Positions 27,664-38,226 of a DNA stretch of 64,000 nucleotides are shown piece after piece. This stretch comes from an uncultured Dehalococcoidia bacterium (GTDB lineage: Bacteria; Chloroflexota; Dehalococcoidia; Lucifugimonadales; UBA3495). The position numbers and the translations under genes are program-made. Numbering within the stretch: position 1 is the first letter of the stretch; every line of letters starts with the position of its first letter. The stretch spans positions 1 through 64,000 of the forward strand of contig CATMOE010000002.1 of the NCBI GenBank assembly GCA_950072105.1, read 5' to 3'. Under the pieces are notes generated by a model that saw only the letters and a list, made by a program, of their open reading frames with translations, was not told where the DNA came from and searched no databases.

Positions 27664-27891
27664 ATAACCTCTGGACCCCGGCGGAGGCCGGGGTCCAGAG
27701 GTTATCCCGGGGGAGTGTTTCATGGATTCCGGCCATCGCCGGAATGGCGAAGAAAGGCAATGGACCACCCGTCATTCCCGCCCATACCCACCCGTCATTC
27801 CCGCGCAGGCGGGAATCCACCCGACCCGGCGACAGAGGCACACTGCCTGGCGGCGGAGACTTTTCTGGATTCCGGCCTTCGCCGGAATGAC
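27664..27891. repeat. Cluster of REP-like palindromes (GTCATTCC...GGAATCCA family)
   Basis: 19-bp-stem hairpin at 27664-27705; TGGATTCCGGCCATCGCCGGAATG; CGTCATTCCCGCGCAGGCGGGAATCCA; TGGATTCCGGCCTTCGCCGGAATGAC. Confidence 0.85.
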
Positions 27892-27980
27892 AGAGGGAGG
27901 TTGCCCGGCCTGATTTGACGTCCCTCCCCTCGATGACGAACGGACTACCAACGACTGATTGCCTGTCTCGCGAATCTCCA

Positions 27981-28793
27981 TCAATCCTTCTGGCTCAGCA
28001 ACTGCTCCGGAATACCCTCCAGCAGACTCTCCACCTCGGGTATCTGGTCTGTATTACCCAAGCCGATGTGCAGCGGCGTGATGGAAACTTGGTTGTTCTT
28101 TAGCGCCCACATGTCGGTGCCGGGTTGAGCCTCACCGCTAATAGGGCGGTCTCTGGCGATCTTGTACTGTTTCTGATCTCCGGTCCCTTCCTCGCGCACC
28201 GACTCTCCGTATGACCGGTTGCCCAAACGAGTCACCTGAACCCCGGTCAAACGGTCAACCGGCAAGCTGGGGACGTTGATGTTCAAGAACAGATCGGACG
28301 GGGGCGGTTGCTCGTTCAATCTCCGGGCCACCATTTCCAGCAAAAAGGCCGGGCTCTCGAATTTGGGGTCCCTGACGGAACCCACGGATATGGCGATGGT
28401 CGCGCACCCTCGCACAAATCCTTGCACCGCCCCACCGATGGTGCCCGACACCATCACGTCCCAACCCAAGTTCGAGCCGCGGTTGATCCCCGATACCACC
28501 AGATCAACCGAACCCACCAACTTCTCCAAAGCTAGTATGGCGCAGTCTCCAGGAGTGCCTTCCGCCGCGAATGCGGTGACGCCGAAGGTTCCGGACACAT
28601 CTTCTTTGAGAAACTGATCCGCTGGAACGCTCCGAACCTTCACGGCATGATGCAGAGTAAGGGACGCCCCAACCCCGCTTTGCTCTTGTTCCGGAGCGAC
28701 CACAAACAGTTCTCCAACTTTTCGTAGGACTTCGGCAGCCGCCCAGAGACCCGGGGCGTTGATGCCATCGTCATTTATCAACAGTATCTTCAA
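27981..28793 (-). CDS. surE: 5'/3'-nucleotidase SurE
   Basis: LINDDGINAPGL, VAPEQEQSG, GTPGDC and SGINRGSNLG motifs. Confidence 0.95.
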   Translation of the reverse strand: MKILLINDDGINAPGLWAAAEVLRKVGELFVVAPEQEQSGVGASLTLHHAVKVRSVPADQFLKEDVSGTFGVTAFAAEGTPGDCAILALEKLVGSVDLVVSGINRGSNLGWDVMVSGTIGGAVQGFVRGCATIAISVGSVRDPKFESPAFLLEMVARRLNEQPPPSDLFLNINVPSLPVDRLTGVQVTRLGNRSYGESVREEGTGDQKQYKIARDRPISGEAQPGTDMWALKNNQVSITPLHIGLGNTDQIPEVESLLEGIPEQLLSQKD

Positions 28794-28924
28794 ATCGTTC
28801 TAGTGACCTCTATCGGCTGATTTCCGGGTGGCCTGGCAGATTTGTGCCCTGACATCAAACCGCTGGGCTGCCTCTTGGGAGGCAGCCCAGCGTTAGATAC
28901 GCCTTTGCCAGACCGGGTCGTGTC

Positions 28925-29797
28925 CTAGTGGTGGGATACCTCGGTGGCGTGGAACAGAGCGTGTCGAATCTCCACCTCGGCCATTGCCTTACGGTACTCC
29001 GCGGAGGCGAAGAAGTCGCCAAGAATCTCCCCTTGGAGGTCATTGCTCGCATGGCTGGCAGCTTCGGCAATGTTTTCTTGGTTCAACGCCTTGCCCACCA
29101 GAGCGGTTTCCACCGAAGTCATGCGTACCGGGACCGGTACCAGTCCGCCAACGGCGATCCGGGCGGCGGTGCACACATCCCCTTCCACCGTGACGACCAC
29201 GGCAGCGCCGACAACGGCGAAACCAGAAGCGGGATGGGCCATTTTGGCGTACTCGGCCCGTTGGTGGTGGCCCAGAGTGGGGGCCTCGATGGAGGTCAAC
29301 ACCTCTTGCTCCCCCAACGTCGTGGTTAGCGGACCTACAAAAAAGTCTCCAGGCTCGACCGTGCGGGTAGAGCCACCGGCCCCTTGTATATTAAACTTGG
29401 CACCCAGAGCGGTGAGCACCGTGGGCCAGTCGGATGCCGGGTCGGCGTGGACCACGTTGCCCCCAATGGTGCCCCGGTTGCGCACCTGCGTATCCCCGAT
29501 GCCGCCGGCCGCCTCCGCCATAATGCCGCAAGCGTGCTCCAGATCGTGGGAAGAGGAGATCTCCCAGTGAGTGGTTAACGCGCCGATACGGACGGTACCG
29601 TCACTGATGGTGATCCCCTTTAGCTCGGAGATTCTGCCGATGTCCACCAGAACGGAAGGCCTGGCCAGCCGAAGTTTCAGCAGTGGCAGCAGGCTATGCC
29701 CCCCCGCTATCAGCTTGGCATCCTCGTTGGAGCTGAGTAGTTGTATCGCCTCCGCCACCGTGGCGGCTCTGTGGTATTCAAATTCCGGAGCGTACAT
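28925..29797 (-). CDS. coxM: Xanthine dehydrogenase family FAD subunit (CoxM-like)
   Basis: IAGGHSLLPLLKLRL, QVRNRGTIGG, ADPASD and SAEYR motifs. Confidence 0.88.
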   Translation of the reverse strand: MYAPEFEYHRAATVAEAIQLLSSNEDAKLIAGGHSLLPLLKLRLARPSVLVDIGRISELKGITISDGTVRIGALTTHWEISSSHDLEHACGIMAEAAGGIGDTQVRNRGTIGGNVVHADPASDWPTVLTALGAKFNIQGAGGSTRTVEPGDFFVGPLTTTLGEQEVLTSIEAPTLGHHQRAEYAKMAHPASGFAVVGAAVVVTVEGDVCTAARIAVGGLVPVPVRMTSVETALVGKALNQENIAEAASHASNDLQGEILGDFFASAEYRKAMAEVEIRHALFHATEVSHH

Positions 29798-29799
29798 GC

Positions 29800-32169
29800 C
29801 TATGCCCCCTTCGCTTGCTGAATGGCCTGCCACACTCTTTGCGGGCTCAGCGGCATTTCCAACTTGGTGATTCCCAGCGGCTTGAGAGCGTCGATCACGG
29901 CGTTGTATATGGTCACCGTCGACGCAATGCTGCCTGTTTCGCCGATGCCCTTGACGCCCAGCGGATTGTGCGGCGAAGGGGTAACGGTGGAGAGAACTTC
30001 TATGTTCGGCAGCAGATGGGCCTTGGGCAGCGCATAGTCCAACATTGACCCGGTCAATAGCTGGCCGTTATCGTCGTAGACCACGCCTTCCCATAGCGCC
30101 TGACCTGCGCCCTGGACCACACCACCGTGTACCTGTCCTTCGACTATGACCGGGTTGATCTGCGGACCGCAGTCGTCGACGGCGACGTAGCGTTGCAACA
30201 CGATGTGGCCGTTGTCCGCGTCAACCGACACGACCGCCACGTGGGCGCCGAAGGGGTAGCTGAAGTTGGGCGGGTCGTAAAAAGTAGTAGCTTCAAGCCC
30301 CGGCTCCATCCCCTCGGGCATGTTCCAGGCCACGTTGGCCATCAAAGCGATGTCTTGAATAGTTTTGTTCTGGTCGGGAGACCCCCGAACGAAGAACTTG
30401 CCATCTTCGTACTCGATATCCTCTTCGGCGGCCTCCAATAGATGGGCCGCCAGCGCCTTGCCTTTTTCTTTGATCTTCCGGGCGCTGAGGACCACCGCGG
30501 CACCGCCAACCACCGTTGTCCGGCTGCCGTAGGTGCCCCATCCCATGGGAGTGATGTCGGTATCGCCGTGGATTATCTCGATATCCTCCACCGGAACACC
30601 CAGCTCATCCGACACGATCTGGGCGAATGTAGTTTCTTCACCTTGCCCGTGAGGCGAAGTCCCCACGAAAACATTTACTTTTCCGGTCGCGTAGAATCGG
30701 ACGATCGCGCTCTCCCACAGGCCACCGCCGAAGCCCACGGCCCCGGCGACCTGAGATGGGCCCAGTCCGCAAATCTCACAGTAGGTTGATACGGCAATAC
30801 CCATGTATTGGCCTTGGCTACGGAGTTCCGTCTGTTCCTTGCGCAATGCCGGGTAATCTACGTGCTGCAATGCCAGGTCCAAGGTGCCCTGGTAATTGCC
30901 GCTATCGTAGGTCAGACCGGTACTTACATCGTGCCCGTCCTCGAACGGCTGAATCAGGTTGCGGCGACGCATTTCCACAGGGTCAATATCCAGTTCGGCG
31001 GCCAGCAACTCTATCATCCTCTCCAATAGGAAAGTCGCTTCGGGCCGGCCGGCCCCGCGATAGGCATCAACCGGTGTCGTGTTGGTGAAAACCCCGAATA
31101 TGTCGCCCTTGACGTTGGGAATCTCATAAGGGCCGGAATACATCAGGCCGTGCAATATGGTGGGGACACCCGGGCCGGCGGTGGAAAGGTAGGCGCCCAT
31201 GCCGGCGTAGACCGTGGCTCGTAGTCCGGTGATCTTGCCGTCTTTAGTCGCCGCCATTTCGACTTGCTGTACGTGGTCCCGTCCATGGATCGTAGACATG
31301 TATCCTTCGGAGCGGGTTGCGGTCCATTTGACCGGCCGGCCCAACTGCATGGTGCAGAACGTTGCCAGCATTTCATCAGCGTACATGGCGACCTTACTGC
31401 CGAATCCTCCGCCGACATCCACTGCAATCACCCGAATCTTATGCTCTCCGATCCCGGTAACCAACGAGCACAGGAATCGGACGATATGGGGGTTCTGGCT
31501 GGTGCTCCAAAGAGTCAGTTCACCCATGGCCGATTGCCAGCTTGCGACGGCGGAGCGTGGCTCCATGGCGTTTGGAATCAACCTTTGTTGAACGATGTTT
31601 TCGCTAACCACCACGTGGTTTTGGGGATCTCCCGCCGCCGCCGCGAAGGCAGCGTCAGCGTCACCTCCGGCAACAACCCAATGAAATGCCTGGTTGTTAG
31701 GGGCGTCTTCGTGTAGTTGTGGCGCCCCGGACGCCATGGCTGCCTGAGGATTGACCACTGAGGGCAGGGCGCTGTAGTCGACATTGATCAACTCCAGAGC
31801 GTCTTCCGCTTGATAGCGGCTTTCAGCCACCACGACCGCCACGGCGTCGCCAACGTAGCGAACGGTATCCACTGCCATCGCCGGATGGTCCACGGCTTTA
31901 ATATCGGAGTCAGGGGGTAGCCAAGCGCATGGTATGGGGTTGAGCACGCCATCGGTGTCGGCGCCGGTGTACACCGCCAAGACTCCGGGGGCATTCCGGG
32001 CCGCGCTGGTGTCTATGCTGTTGATTTTCGCGTGAGCGTGGGGACTGCGCAAAATGGCCGCATGGACCATTCCCCTCAGCCTGATGTCGTCGGTATAATC
32101 GGCCTGCCCCGTCATTAACCTAGGGTCTTCTCGGCGCCGAATACCTGAGCCAAATATTCTAGTGGTCAT
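29800..32169 (-). CDS. coxL: Molybdopterin-binding subunit, form II CoxL-like
   Basis: RREDPRL, GGGFGSK, AYRGAGR (form II motif), GQGEETT, GQVHGG and KGIGE motifs. Confidence 0.88.
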   Translation of the reverse strand: MTTRIFGSGIRRREDPRLMTGQADYTDDIRLRGMVHAAILRSPHAHAKINSIDTSAARNAPGVLAVYTGADTDGVLNPIPCAWLPPDSDIKAVDHPAMAVDTVRYVGDAVAVVVAESRYQAEDALELINVDYSALPSVVNPQAAMASGAPQLHEDAPNNQAFHWVVAGGDADAAFAAAAGDPQNHVVVSENIVQQRLIPNAMEPRSAVASWQSAMGELTLWSTSQNPHIVRFLCSLVTGIGEHKIRVIAVDVGGGFGSKVAMYADEMLATFCTMQLGRPVKWTATRSEGYMSTIHGRDHVQQVEMAATKDGKITGLRATVYAGMGAYLSTAGPGVPTILHGLMYSGPYEIPNVKGDIFGVFTNTTPVDAYRGAGRPEATFLLERMIELLAAELDIDPVEMRRRNLIQPFEDGHDVSTGLTYDSGNYQGTLDLALQHVDYPALRKEQTELRSQGQYMGIAVSTYCEICGLGPSQVAGAVGFGGGLWESAIVRFYATGKVNVFVGTSPHGQGEETTFAQIVSDELGVPVEDIEIIHGDTDITPMGWGTYGSRTTVVGGAAVVLSARKIKEKGKALAAHLLEAAEEDIEYEDGKFFVRGSPDQNKTIQDIALMANVAWNMPEGMEPGLEATTFYDPPNFSYPFGAHVAVVSVDADNGHIVLQRYVAVDDCGPQINPVIVEGQVHGGVVQGAGQALWEGVVYDDNGQLLTGSMLDYALPKAHLLPNIEVLSTVTPSPHNPLGVKGIGETGSIASTVTIYNAVIDALKPLGITKLEMPLSPQRVWQAIQQAKGA

Positions 32170-32677
32170 GGTGGGCGTGCCCCCCAGTTTCGTCATTGTG
32201 GGCGTGACCGTCCATCTTTTCTGCGGCCGCTAGAATCGACTTGACGATGTTTTGGTAACCGGTGCAGCGGCAGAGATTGCCCTCCAATCCGGCTCTAACC
32301 TCGTCCGAAGACGGATGCGGGTTACGCTCCAGCATTTCCACGGCCGTCATAATCATTCCGGCGGTGCAGTAGCCGCACTGCAGGCCGTGATTGTCCCAGA
32401 AAGCTTCTTGCATCGGGTGCAATTCGCTTCCGTTGGCCAGTCCCTCGATGGTGGCGATCTCGGCCCCATCCGCCTGGACCGCCAGGCAAGTACAGGACTT
32501 GACGGTGGACCCATTCATAGAGACTACGCAAGCGCCACACTGGCTGGTATCGCAACCGATCTTGGTGCCGGTGAGGCCCAACTCCTCGCGCAGAAAGTGA
32601 ACCAACAGCATCCGCGGTTCCACTTCGGCTTGATGCGATTGTCCATTAACCGTAACTTGTATCGGAATCTTTGCCAT
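32159..32677 (-). CDS. coxS: 2x[2Fe-2S] subunit (CoxS-like) with His-rich tail
   Basis: [16 protein letters not shown] and GNLCRCTGY motifs. Confidence 0.9.
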   Translation of the reverse strand: MAKIPIQVTVNGQSHQAEVEPRMLLVHFLREELGLTGTKIGCDTSQCGACVVSMNGSTVKSCTCLAVQADGAEIATIEGLANGSELHPMQEAFWDNHGLQCGYCTAGMIMTAVEMLERNPHPSSDEVRAGLEGNLCRCTGYQNIVKSILAAAEKMDGHAHNDETGGHAHHDH

Positions 32678-32901
32678 AACACCCCCATAGAGGCGGAATT
32701 TAGCCCCTTTCCACGAGGAACTCTGCTAGTTGGAAACCCCGCAGGTTCGAGTCACCGGAGTATATACTCGCCCAAACGTGGCGTCAACGGATTTCAAGGT
32801 TGCGCGGACTCGGTGTCCGGCCCTATGATGCCACTAGATACCATGTCAATCCTTCCCTTCGCAACCCAAGGCAGAATATTAGAGACCGGAGCGGCAAAAC
32901 G

Positions 32902-34209
32902 ATGTTCCCCAAAACCGTATTTCCCGACACCACTACCGTCGATTCCCAAGGGCAGTTAGTCATTGGGGGATGCAACGCCCTGGACCTGGCCTCCCAGTAC
33001 GGCACTCCTGTTTACGTTCTGGACGAGCAAACCCTGCGAGCGCGTTGCCGTTCCTTTGTACAAGAGTTCCGGCAACGCTGGGAGAATTCACAGGTCTACT
33101 ATGCCTGCAAAGCCTACATCAATCCGGCCTTGGCTCAAATATTCGAAGAAGAGGGTTTGGGACTGGACGTGGTCTCCGGGGGCGAGTTGGCCATCGCTCA
33201 GAGGGCAGGATTTCCCCTGGAGCGGGTAACGTTCCACGGCAACAACAAGACACCCGATGAATTGGAATATGCCGTGGCGAACAGCATCGGAACGGTCGCG
33301 GTGGACAGCTTCTATGAAATCGACCTGCTGGACCGTACCGCCGCCGCCGCCGGCAAGGTCCAGAACATCATCATCAGAGTTTCGCCGGGGGTGGACCCCC
33401 ACACCCATGTTCACACGACCACCGGCATACTCGACTCCAAGTTCGGTTTTTCGATACAGACCGGGCACGCCGACCAGGCCGTGCGCCAAGCGCTAAACGC
33501 CTCCAATCTTAATCTCCGGGGATTGCATTTCCATCTGGGGTCGCCGATCTTCGAATTGGAGCCTTATCGGGTTGCCACCGAACTCGTGTTGCGTTGGTCC
33601 GCCCAGTTCCGGGAGGAGGGCCTAGACCTTCAGGAATTCAGCCCCGGCGGCGGCTTCGCCATCGCTTACACCAGGGACGATGCGCCACCGGAGATAGGGG
33701 ATTACGCTGAGGCCATAGTATCCACGATGACATCCACCTGCGCGGACCTGGGGATGGACATACCCGAGTTGATAATCGAGCCAGGCCGGTCAATCATCGG
33801 CCCGGCGGGGGTTGCCCTGTACCAGATCGGAGCGATCAAAGAGATCCCCGGAGTCCGCAAATACGTCAGTGTGGACGGAGGCATGGGCGACAACATACGC
33901 CCGGCCCTTTACCAGGCGATCTACGAGGTGGTTGCCGCCGGCAAGGTCAATAGTGAGCCGGCCGAACGGGTAACCATAGCCGGAAAGTACTGTGAGTCCG
34001 GCGACCTACTAGCCTCTGATGTAATGCTGCCAGAGTTGGTCGCTGGCGACATCCTGGCCATACCCGCCGCCGGAGCATATTGCCCTTCCATGGCCAGCAA
34101 CTACAACCTCAATCCCCGTCCGCCCATGGTACTGGTCAACAACGGCCAAAGCCGCCTCATCCGCCGCCGCGAGAGCTATCAAGACATGATGCTATGCGAC
34201 GTTATATGA
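32902..34209 (+). CDS. lysA: Diaminopimelate decarboxylase
   Basis: YACKA, DVVSGGEL, FHGNNKT, HFHLGS, EPGRS, CESGD and GAYCPSMASNYN motifs. Confidence 0.95.
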   Translation: MFPKTVFPDTTTVDSQGQLVIGGCNALDLASQYGTPVYVLDEQTLRARCRSFVQEFRQRWENSQVYYACKAYINPALAQIFEEEGLGLDVVSGGELAIAQRAGFPLERVTFHGNNKTPDELEYAVANSIGTVAVDSFYEIDLLDRTAAAAGKVQNIIIRVSPGVDPHTHVHTTTGILDSKFGFSIQTGHADQAVRQALNASNLNLRGLHFHLGSPIFELEPYRVATELVLRWSAQFREEGLDLQEFSPGGGFAIAYTRDDAPPEIGDYAEAIVSTMTSTCADLGMDIPELIIEPGRSIIGPAGVALYQIGAIKEIPGVRKYVSVDGGMGDNIRPALYQAIYEVVAAGKVNSEPAERVTIAGKYCESGDLLASDVMLPELVAGDILAIPAAGAYCPSMASNYNLNPRPPMVLVNNGQSRLIRRRESYQDMMLCDVI

Positions 34210-34259
34210 GAGGCTTCCCAATTTCCGTAATCCTGAAAGCTGACCGCTGAAAGCTTCCT

Positions 34260-35279
34260 ATGTGGCAAATTTACGGCCAATCTCACATCTTGACCCAATT
34301 GGACGCAGGCCTCAGAGAAGGCCGCTTGTCCCACGCTTACCTGCTGGTGGGGCCACCTCGCGTCGGCAAGATGGCCCTCGCTATCAACATCGCCCAAGCC
34401 CTTAATTGTCTCGAGGGTCCCGGGGAGCCCTGTGGGGATTGCGTGCAGTGCACCCGGATCGGCCTTGGGCAGCACGCGGACGTGCGCGTCGTGGGTATTG
34501 GCCCAAGCGAAGAGGGCGGGCCTACCCGTACCGTCATCGGGATCGACGACGTTAAAGACGTGCTCCGGCAGGTCTATCTGAACCCTTACGAAGGCCGGTG
34601 CAGCGTTGTCATCTTCGACGGCGCCGAATCGATGAGCGAACCTGCCGCCAACGCTCTGTTAAAGACTTTGGAAGAGCCCCCGGACCAAGTCACGATATTG
34701 TTACTAACCACCGATGATGATTACCTGTTGTCCACGATCCGCTCCCGGTGCCGCCGTTTGACGCTCCTGCCCGCGCCGAAAGAGGAAATGGTGGAAAGGC
34801 TGGTAGCGGAGCACGGCGTGGACGCGGCAACGGCGGAAAACCTGGCCCGCCTTTCCCGAGGTTGCTACGGTTGGGTCTTCGGCGTTTTGAAGGAAGACCA
34901 AGTCCTGCAAGACCGGGAATCCGATCTGCAGCGTATGTTGGAGATCTGCCAGTCGGGACTGGACATACGATTCAGCTACGCCAGCGAACTGGCCACTATG
35001 TTCAGTCGCGACCGGGATGCTGTCAGACAAGTACTGTTTCTGTGGCTGCGCTGGTGGCGGGACCTATTGTTGATCAAGGAAGGCGCCGGCGATTACGTTC
35101 ACCACACGGATAAGTCCGCCGAGCTAGAAGCGCATCGAAACGGCTTGACCACCATCCAAATAGTCGCATTCGTCAAACAGATTCACCATACGCTGGAGGC
35201 CTTGGATCACAACGCCAGCGCCCGGCTTACCTTAGAAGTCATGATGTTGAATCTACCCGTGGCCGGGGTCCAGGTATAA
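34260..35279 (+). CDS. holB: DNA polymerase III delta' subunit
   Basis: HAYLLVGP, Zn module (C..PCGDCVQC), ANALLKTLEEPP and TIRSRC motifs. Confidence 0.92.
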   Translation: MWQIYGQSHILTQLDAGLREGRLSHAYLLVGPPRVGKMALAINIAQALNCLEGPGEPCGDCVQCTRIGLGQHADVRVVGIGPSEEGGPTRTVIGIDDVKDVLRQVYLNPYEGRCSVVIFDGAESMSEPAANALLKTLEEPPDQVTILLLTTDDDYLLSTIRSRCRRLTLLPAPKEEMVERLVAEHGVDAATAENLARLSRGCYGWVFGVLKEDQVLQDRESDLQRMLEICQSGLDIRFSYASELATMFSRDRDAVRQVLFLWLRWWRDLLLIKEGAGDYVHHTDKSAELEAHRNGLTTIQIVAFVKQIHHTLEALDHNASARLTLEVMMLNLPVAGVQV

Positions 35280-35285
35280 ACAGGT

Positions 35286-35425
35286 ATAAATAGGGTGGTA
35301 GGTATCCGTTGGCGGGAACGGACCCCATAATCGTTGCGGGGACCGGGGACCGGGTGGTGATCAACAAGATCTATGTTGTGGTCCGCACCGAAAAGGGACA
35401 AGAATGGGGTGGCTGGGTAAAGTTA
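35286..35425 (+). pseudogene. Degraded remnant of a PSP1/YaaT (RicT)-like gene
   Basis: Directly after holB: (ATA)NRVVGIRWRE, then after a frameshift DPIIVAGTGDRVVINKIYVVVRTEKGQE, resembling the PSP1 N-terminal VVG.RF...GD.VIV.T.RG.E pattern. Confidence 0.5.
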
Positions 35426-35995
35426 CCCGCGTGCTGACCAGGGCACGTAGGGGAGCCACTCCTCAAGAAGAGTGCGGTTTTGCAGGATGAGGTAGGGATT
35501 GGGGTCCGGGGCCCGAGGTTCCTTTTTCAGCAGCATGTTGGCCTCTTCCGGCGTCCGCCCTGCCTTACGCAGGTTGCACCGGTTACACGCAGCGACCACG
35601 TTCTCCCAGGTATGACTGCCGTGTTGGCGGCGGGGCACAACGTGATCCAGAGTCAAGTCCTGGGCTTTCTTGCCGCAGTATTGGCAGGTAAAGCGGTCAC
35701 GCAGAAAGACCTCTTTCTTGGACAACTTTCGCGGCAGGGAGGGCTTTTTTACCATGTAGTCCAAGCGGATCACTGAAGGGACGTCCACCAGGCTGGAAAC
35801 AGTCCTGAGTTGGCCACGGTGGTTTTCCAGCAGCTCCGCTTTGCTTTTGCCCACCAAGATCACGGCGCGCCGGACGGTGCAGATGTTGAGAGGCACGTAG
35901 TTGAGGTTAAGGACCAGCACCGGGGCGTGTAGTAGTTGAACCCCGGACAGGGGAGCATCAAGGCCATCCGTATTTTGATTCGATAGCCCTTCCAT
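35423..35995 (-). CDS. HNH endonuclease (McrA-like)
   Basis: VLVLN..Y.PL, RDRFTCQYCG, TLDHVVPR and WENVVAACNRCNLRK motifs. Confidence 0.92.
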   Translation of the reverse strand: MEGLSNQNTDGLDAPLSGVQLLHAPVLVLNLNYVPLNICTVRRAVILVGKSKAELLENHRGQLRTVSSLVDVPSVIRLDYMVKKPSLPRKLSKKEVFLRDRFTCQYCGKKAQDLTLDHVVPRRQHGSHTWENVVAACNRCNLRKAGRTPEEANMLLKKEPRAPDPNPYLILQNRTLLEEWLPYVPWSARG

Positions 35996-36167
35996 GAACC
36001 GGTCCTTTCGGTGATTTGAGACCGAGTTCCCCGTTACTCTGGTTAGTTTAGGTTCCGTTGTTCGGCTATTCTGCCCTAAACGTGAACGATAATCAGCCGC
36101 CTCGCTTTCGGATATGGTAGCACAAGCGCCCGGCCGTGTGTGTACGGTCAGGAAGTATGTGCAGTTA

Positions 36168-36680
36168 TTAATTAACCAACTTATCTAATTCGTCGTCCCA
36201 ATTGCCCGGTATCAGTCCGATGCCCCGAGTGATCACGTCGAAGTTGTCCGCCAGGAAGGACCCCAACTTAGAATCATCGATGGTCTGTTGGGCGTCCTTT
36301 ATGGGGAATTTCTGTATCCCGGTTAAAATGCCGGACAGCAGCAGGAACCCTACGAGGATACCAACGATCAGTCCGCCCAGTTTGTTGAACGACCCGAAGA
36401 AGGGGATGATTCCTAAGACCATCCGAAGCCAAAAGCTCGCCACTCCGCCGGCGATAAACAGGATCAGGAAAACCGCGATGAAACCCGCGGCGGATTGGGC
36501 GTTCTCATTGTCGGTCACGACGCTAAACAGGTCACCCACGGTTGGGGCGATCCTGCTGGAAATAGCCAGACCAACAGCGACTACGAGGAGGTGAACCCCC
36601 ATCTGGAGCAACCCCATGGAAGCTCCCCACGACGCAGTTCCCGCCCAGACAACCAGGATTGCAATGTCAACCCAGTTCAT
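36168..36680 (-). CDS. CvpA family membrane protein
   Basis: MNWVDIAIL start, four TM helices, NKLGGLIVG. Confidence 0.85.
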   Translation of the reverse strand: MNWVDIAILVVWAGTASWGASMGLLQMGVHLLVVAVGLAISSRIAPTVGDLFSVVTDNENAQSAAGFIAVFLILFIAGGVASFWLRMVLGIIPFFGSFNKLGGLIVGILVGFLLLSGILTGIQKFPIKDAQQTIDDSKLGSFLADNFDVITRGIGLIPGNWDDELDKLVN

Positions 36681-36724
36681 CGGCGTGCCCCCTTACCGTA
36701 AGTCTATAACAAGACTGTTTAAGA

Positions 36725-37384
36725 TTACCACGGCAGTATTCGCCGCCTGAAGCTCACCACGTTAGAATCTGCCCAGAGATAGCGCAGGGCAATTAACCCC
36801 GCTAGAGCCAAACCGCCGTACAGAAATCCGCCTATCACGTCGCTGGGCCAATGGACCCCCAGGTATACCCGGGAAGCCCCCATCGCCAGTATCAAGGCGG
36901 CCAGGCAATATTGCAACCATCGCTTGAGCAAAAGCGAGGGTATGACCTGTCCGGCAAGATATATCAAAAGTCCCCCGAAAATCAGGGCGTACATCGAGTG
37001 TCCGCTGGGGAACCCTGGGCTCTCCGGTTCCAGACCAAGCAACACATATTCGGGCCTTGGCCGATCAACTACTTGCTTGAGCTCGTGGCCGATAAACAAC
37101 AGCGCCAGACTCAACAATACGATCACTGCGTCGGCGGGCCGGCGTAACAGCATCAGCGCGGCCGCAACGGCAAGAATCGATCCAACGGCCAAAGGTTGCC
37201 CGCCGATGGTGTCCAACGCCAGGGCCGTGGTATCCAACCACCCTGTCCGCAACTCTTGGATCTGAACTAGGACTGGCTCGTCCCCGGGAAATGAGTCGTA
37301 CACCCCGGCCAGAACAAACATAACCGATGTGAGCAGGAACACACCCGCTAGACCAAAAATTTTCCAGGAAACGTTCCTGCTCAT
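36725..37384 (-). CDS. PAP2 family phosphatase
   Basis: K..VDRPRP, FPSGHS and SRVYLGVHWPSDV motifs. Confidence 0.92.
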   Translation of the reverse strand: MSRNVSWKIFGLAGVFLLTSVMFVLAGVYDSFPGDEPVLVQIQELRTGWLDTTALALDTIGGQPLAVGSILAVAAALMLLRRPADAVIVLLSLALLFIGHELKQVVDRPRPEYVLLGLEPESPGFPSGHSMYALIFGGLLIYLAGQVIPSLLLKRWLQYCLAALILAMGASRVYLGVHWPSDVIGGFLYGGLALAGLIALRYLWADSNVVSFRRRILPW

Positions 37385-37539
37385 ACCGGGCACATTATAC
37401 AATACAGATCGCGCTGATTCGCTCCACCCATGCCGGCGGAACACGACATCTACACCGCAACTTGCCGCTGACCGGGCGTCGATCGAACGGTCAGGGACAA
37501 TGCTATAATCCCAAATACAGCTCGTTAACGAGGTAAATC

Positions 37540-38226
37540 TTGGCGCGAAACATAGGCGTGATCGCCATTGACGGCCCGGTGGCTGCCGGCAAGACGATGG
37601 CCGGCCGTGAGTTGGCCAAACAGCTGAATCTCCGATACCTGGACACCGGCGTCATGTACCGGGCTATCACCTGGCTAGCCTTGAAGAATGCCACATCCAT
37701 GGATGACGAGACCGCGCTGGGGGCTTTGGCCGGCGAAAACCCTATACGCCTGGATGGTTGGAACAGCGATCAGGTGTTGGTGGGCGGCGTCAGCATTGGA
37801 CCGGAGCTCCGGGAAGCGGAAGTAGACCGCCACGTTTCGCTGGTCTCCCGCGTCTCGGCCGTCAGGCGAGCTTTGGTGCAACAGCAACGAGACATAGCCT
37901 CACAGAATAATATCGTTATGGTGGGGCGGGACATCGGCACCGTCGTATTGCCCGATGCCGACTTGAAAATCTTTATCACCGCCTCTTTAGAAGAGCGGTC
38001 CCGGCGCCGTTGGCGGGAATTTCTGGCTCAGGGAAGAGAAGCCGATCTCCAGCAGGTACTGGACGAGACGAAGACTCGGGATGAGGTGGATTCCAAACGC
38101 GCCGACTCACCCCTGATTCCCGCCGAGGATGCCTGGGTGTTGAACACCGACGGACTGACCGGAGAACAAGTAGTGGATCTGATCGTCCAACGGGTGAATG
38201 AATCATGCGGCGGGGGAAAAGCGTGA
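37540..38226 (+). CDS. cmk: Cytidylate kinase
   Basis: IAIDGPVAAGK, YLDTGVMYRA and GRDIGTVVLPDA motifs. Confidence 0.95.
   Translation: MARNIGVIAIDGPVAAGKTMAGRELAKQLNLRYLDTGVMYRAITWLALKNATSMDDETALGALAGENPIRLDGWNSDQVLVGGVSIGPELREAEVDRHVSLVSRVSAVRRALVQQQRDIASQNNIVMVGRDIGTVVLPDADLKIFITASLEERSRRRWREFLAQGREADLQQVLDETKTRDEVDSKRADSPLIPAEDAWVLNTDGLTGEQVVDLIVQRVNESCGGGKA

Noticed and set aside
27664..27891. CRISPR array
   Set aside because: Units vary in sequence and orientation, spacing is irregular and no cas genes are present; fits REP elements.
27538..27984. Several overlapping short ORFs over the REP cluster
   Set aside because: Translations (WIPAFAGMT, VIPAQAGIH) are just the repeats read in frame.
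29800..32169. Bona fide aerobic CO dehydrogenase (form I)
   Set aside because: Motif is AYRGAGR, gene order is S-L-M and accessory cox genes are missing.
35423..35995. HNH gene as a mobile element or defence nuclease
   Set aside because: Ordinary standalone McrA-like family with host-like composition; no MTase, repeats or intron context.
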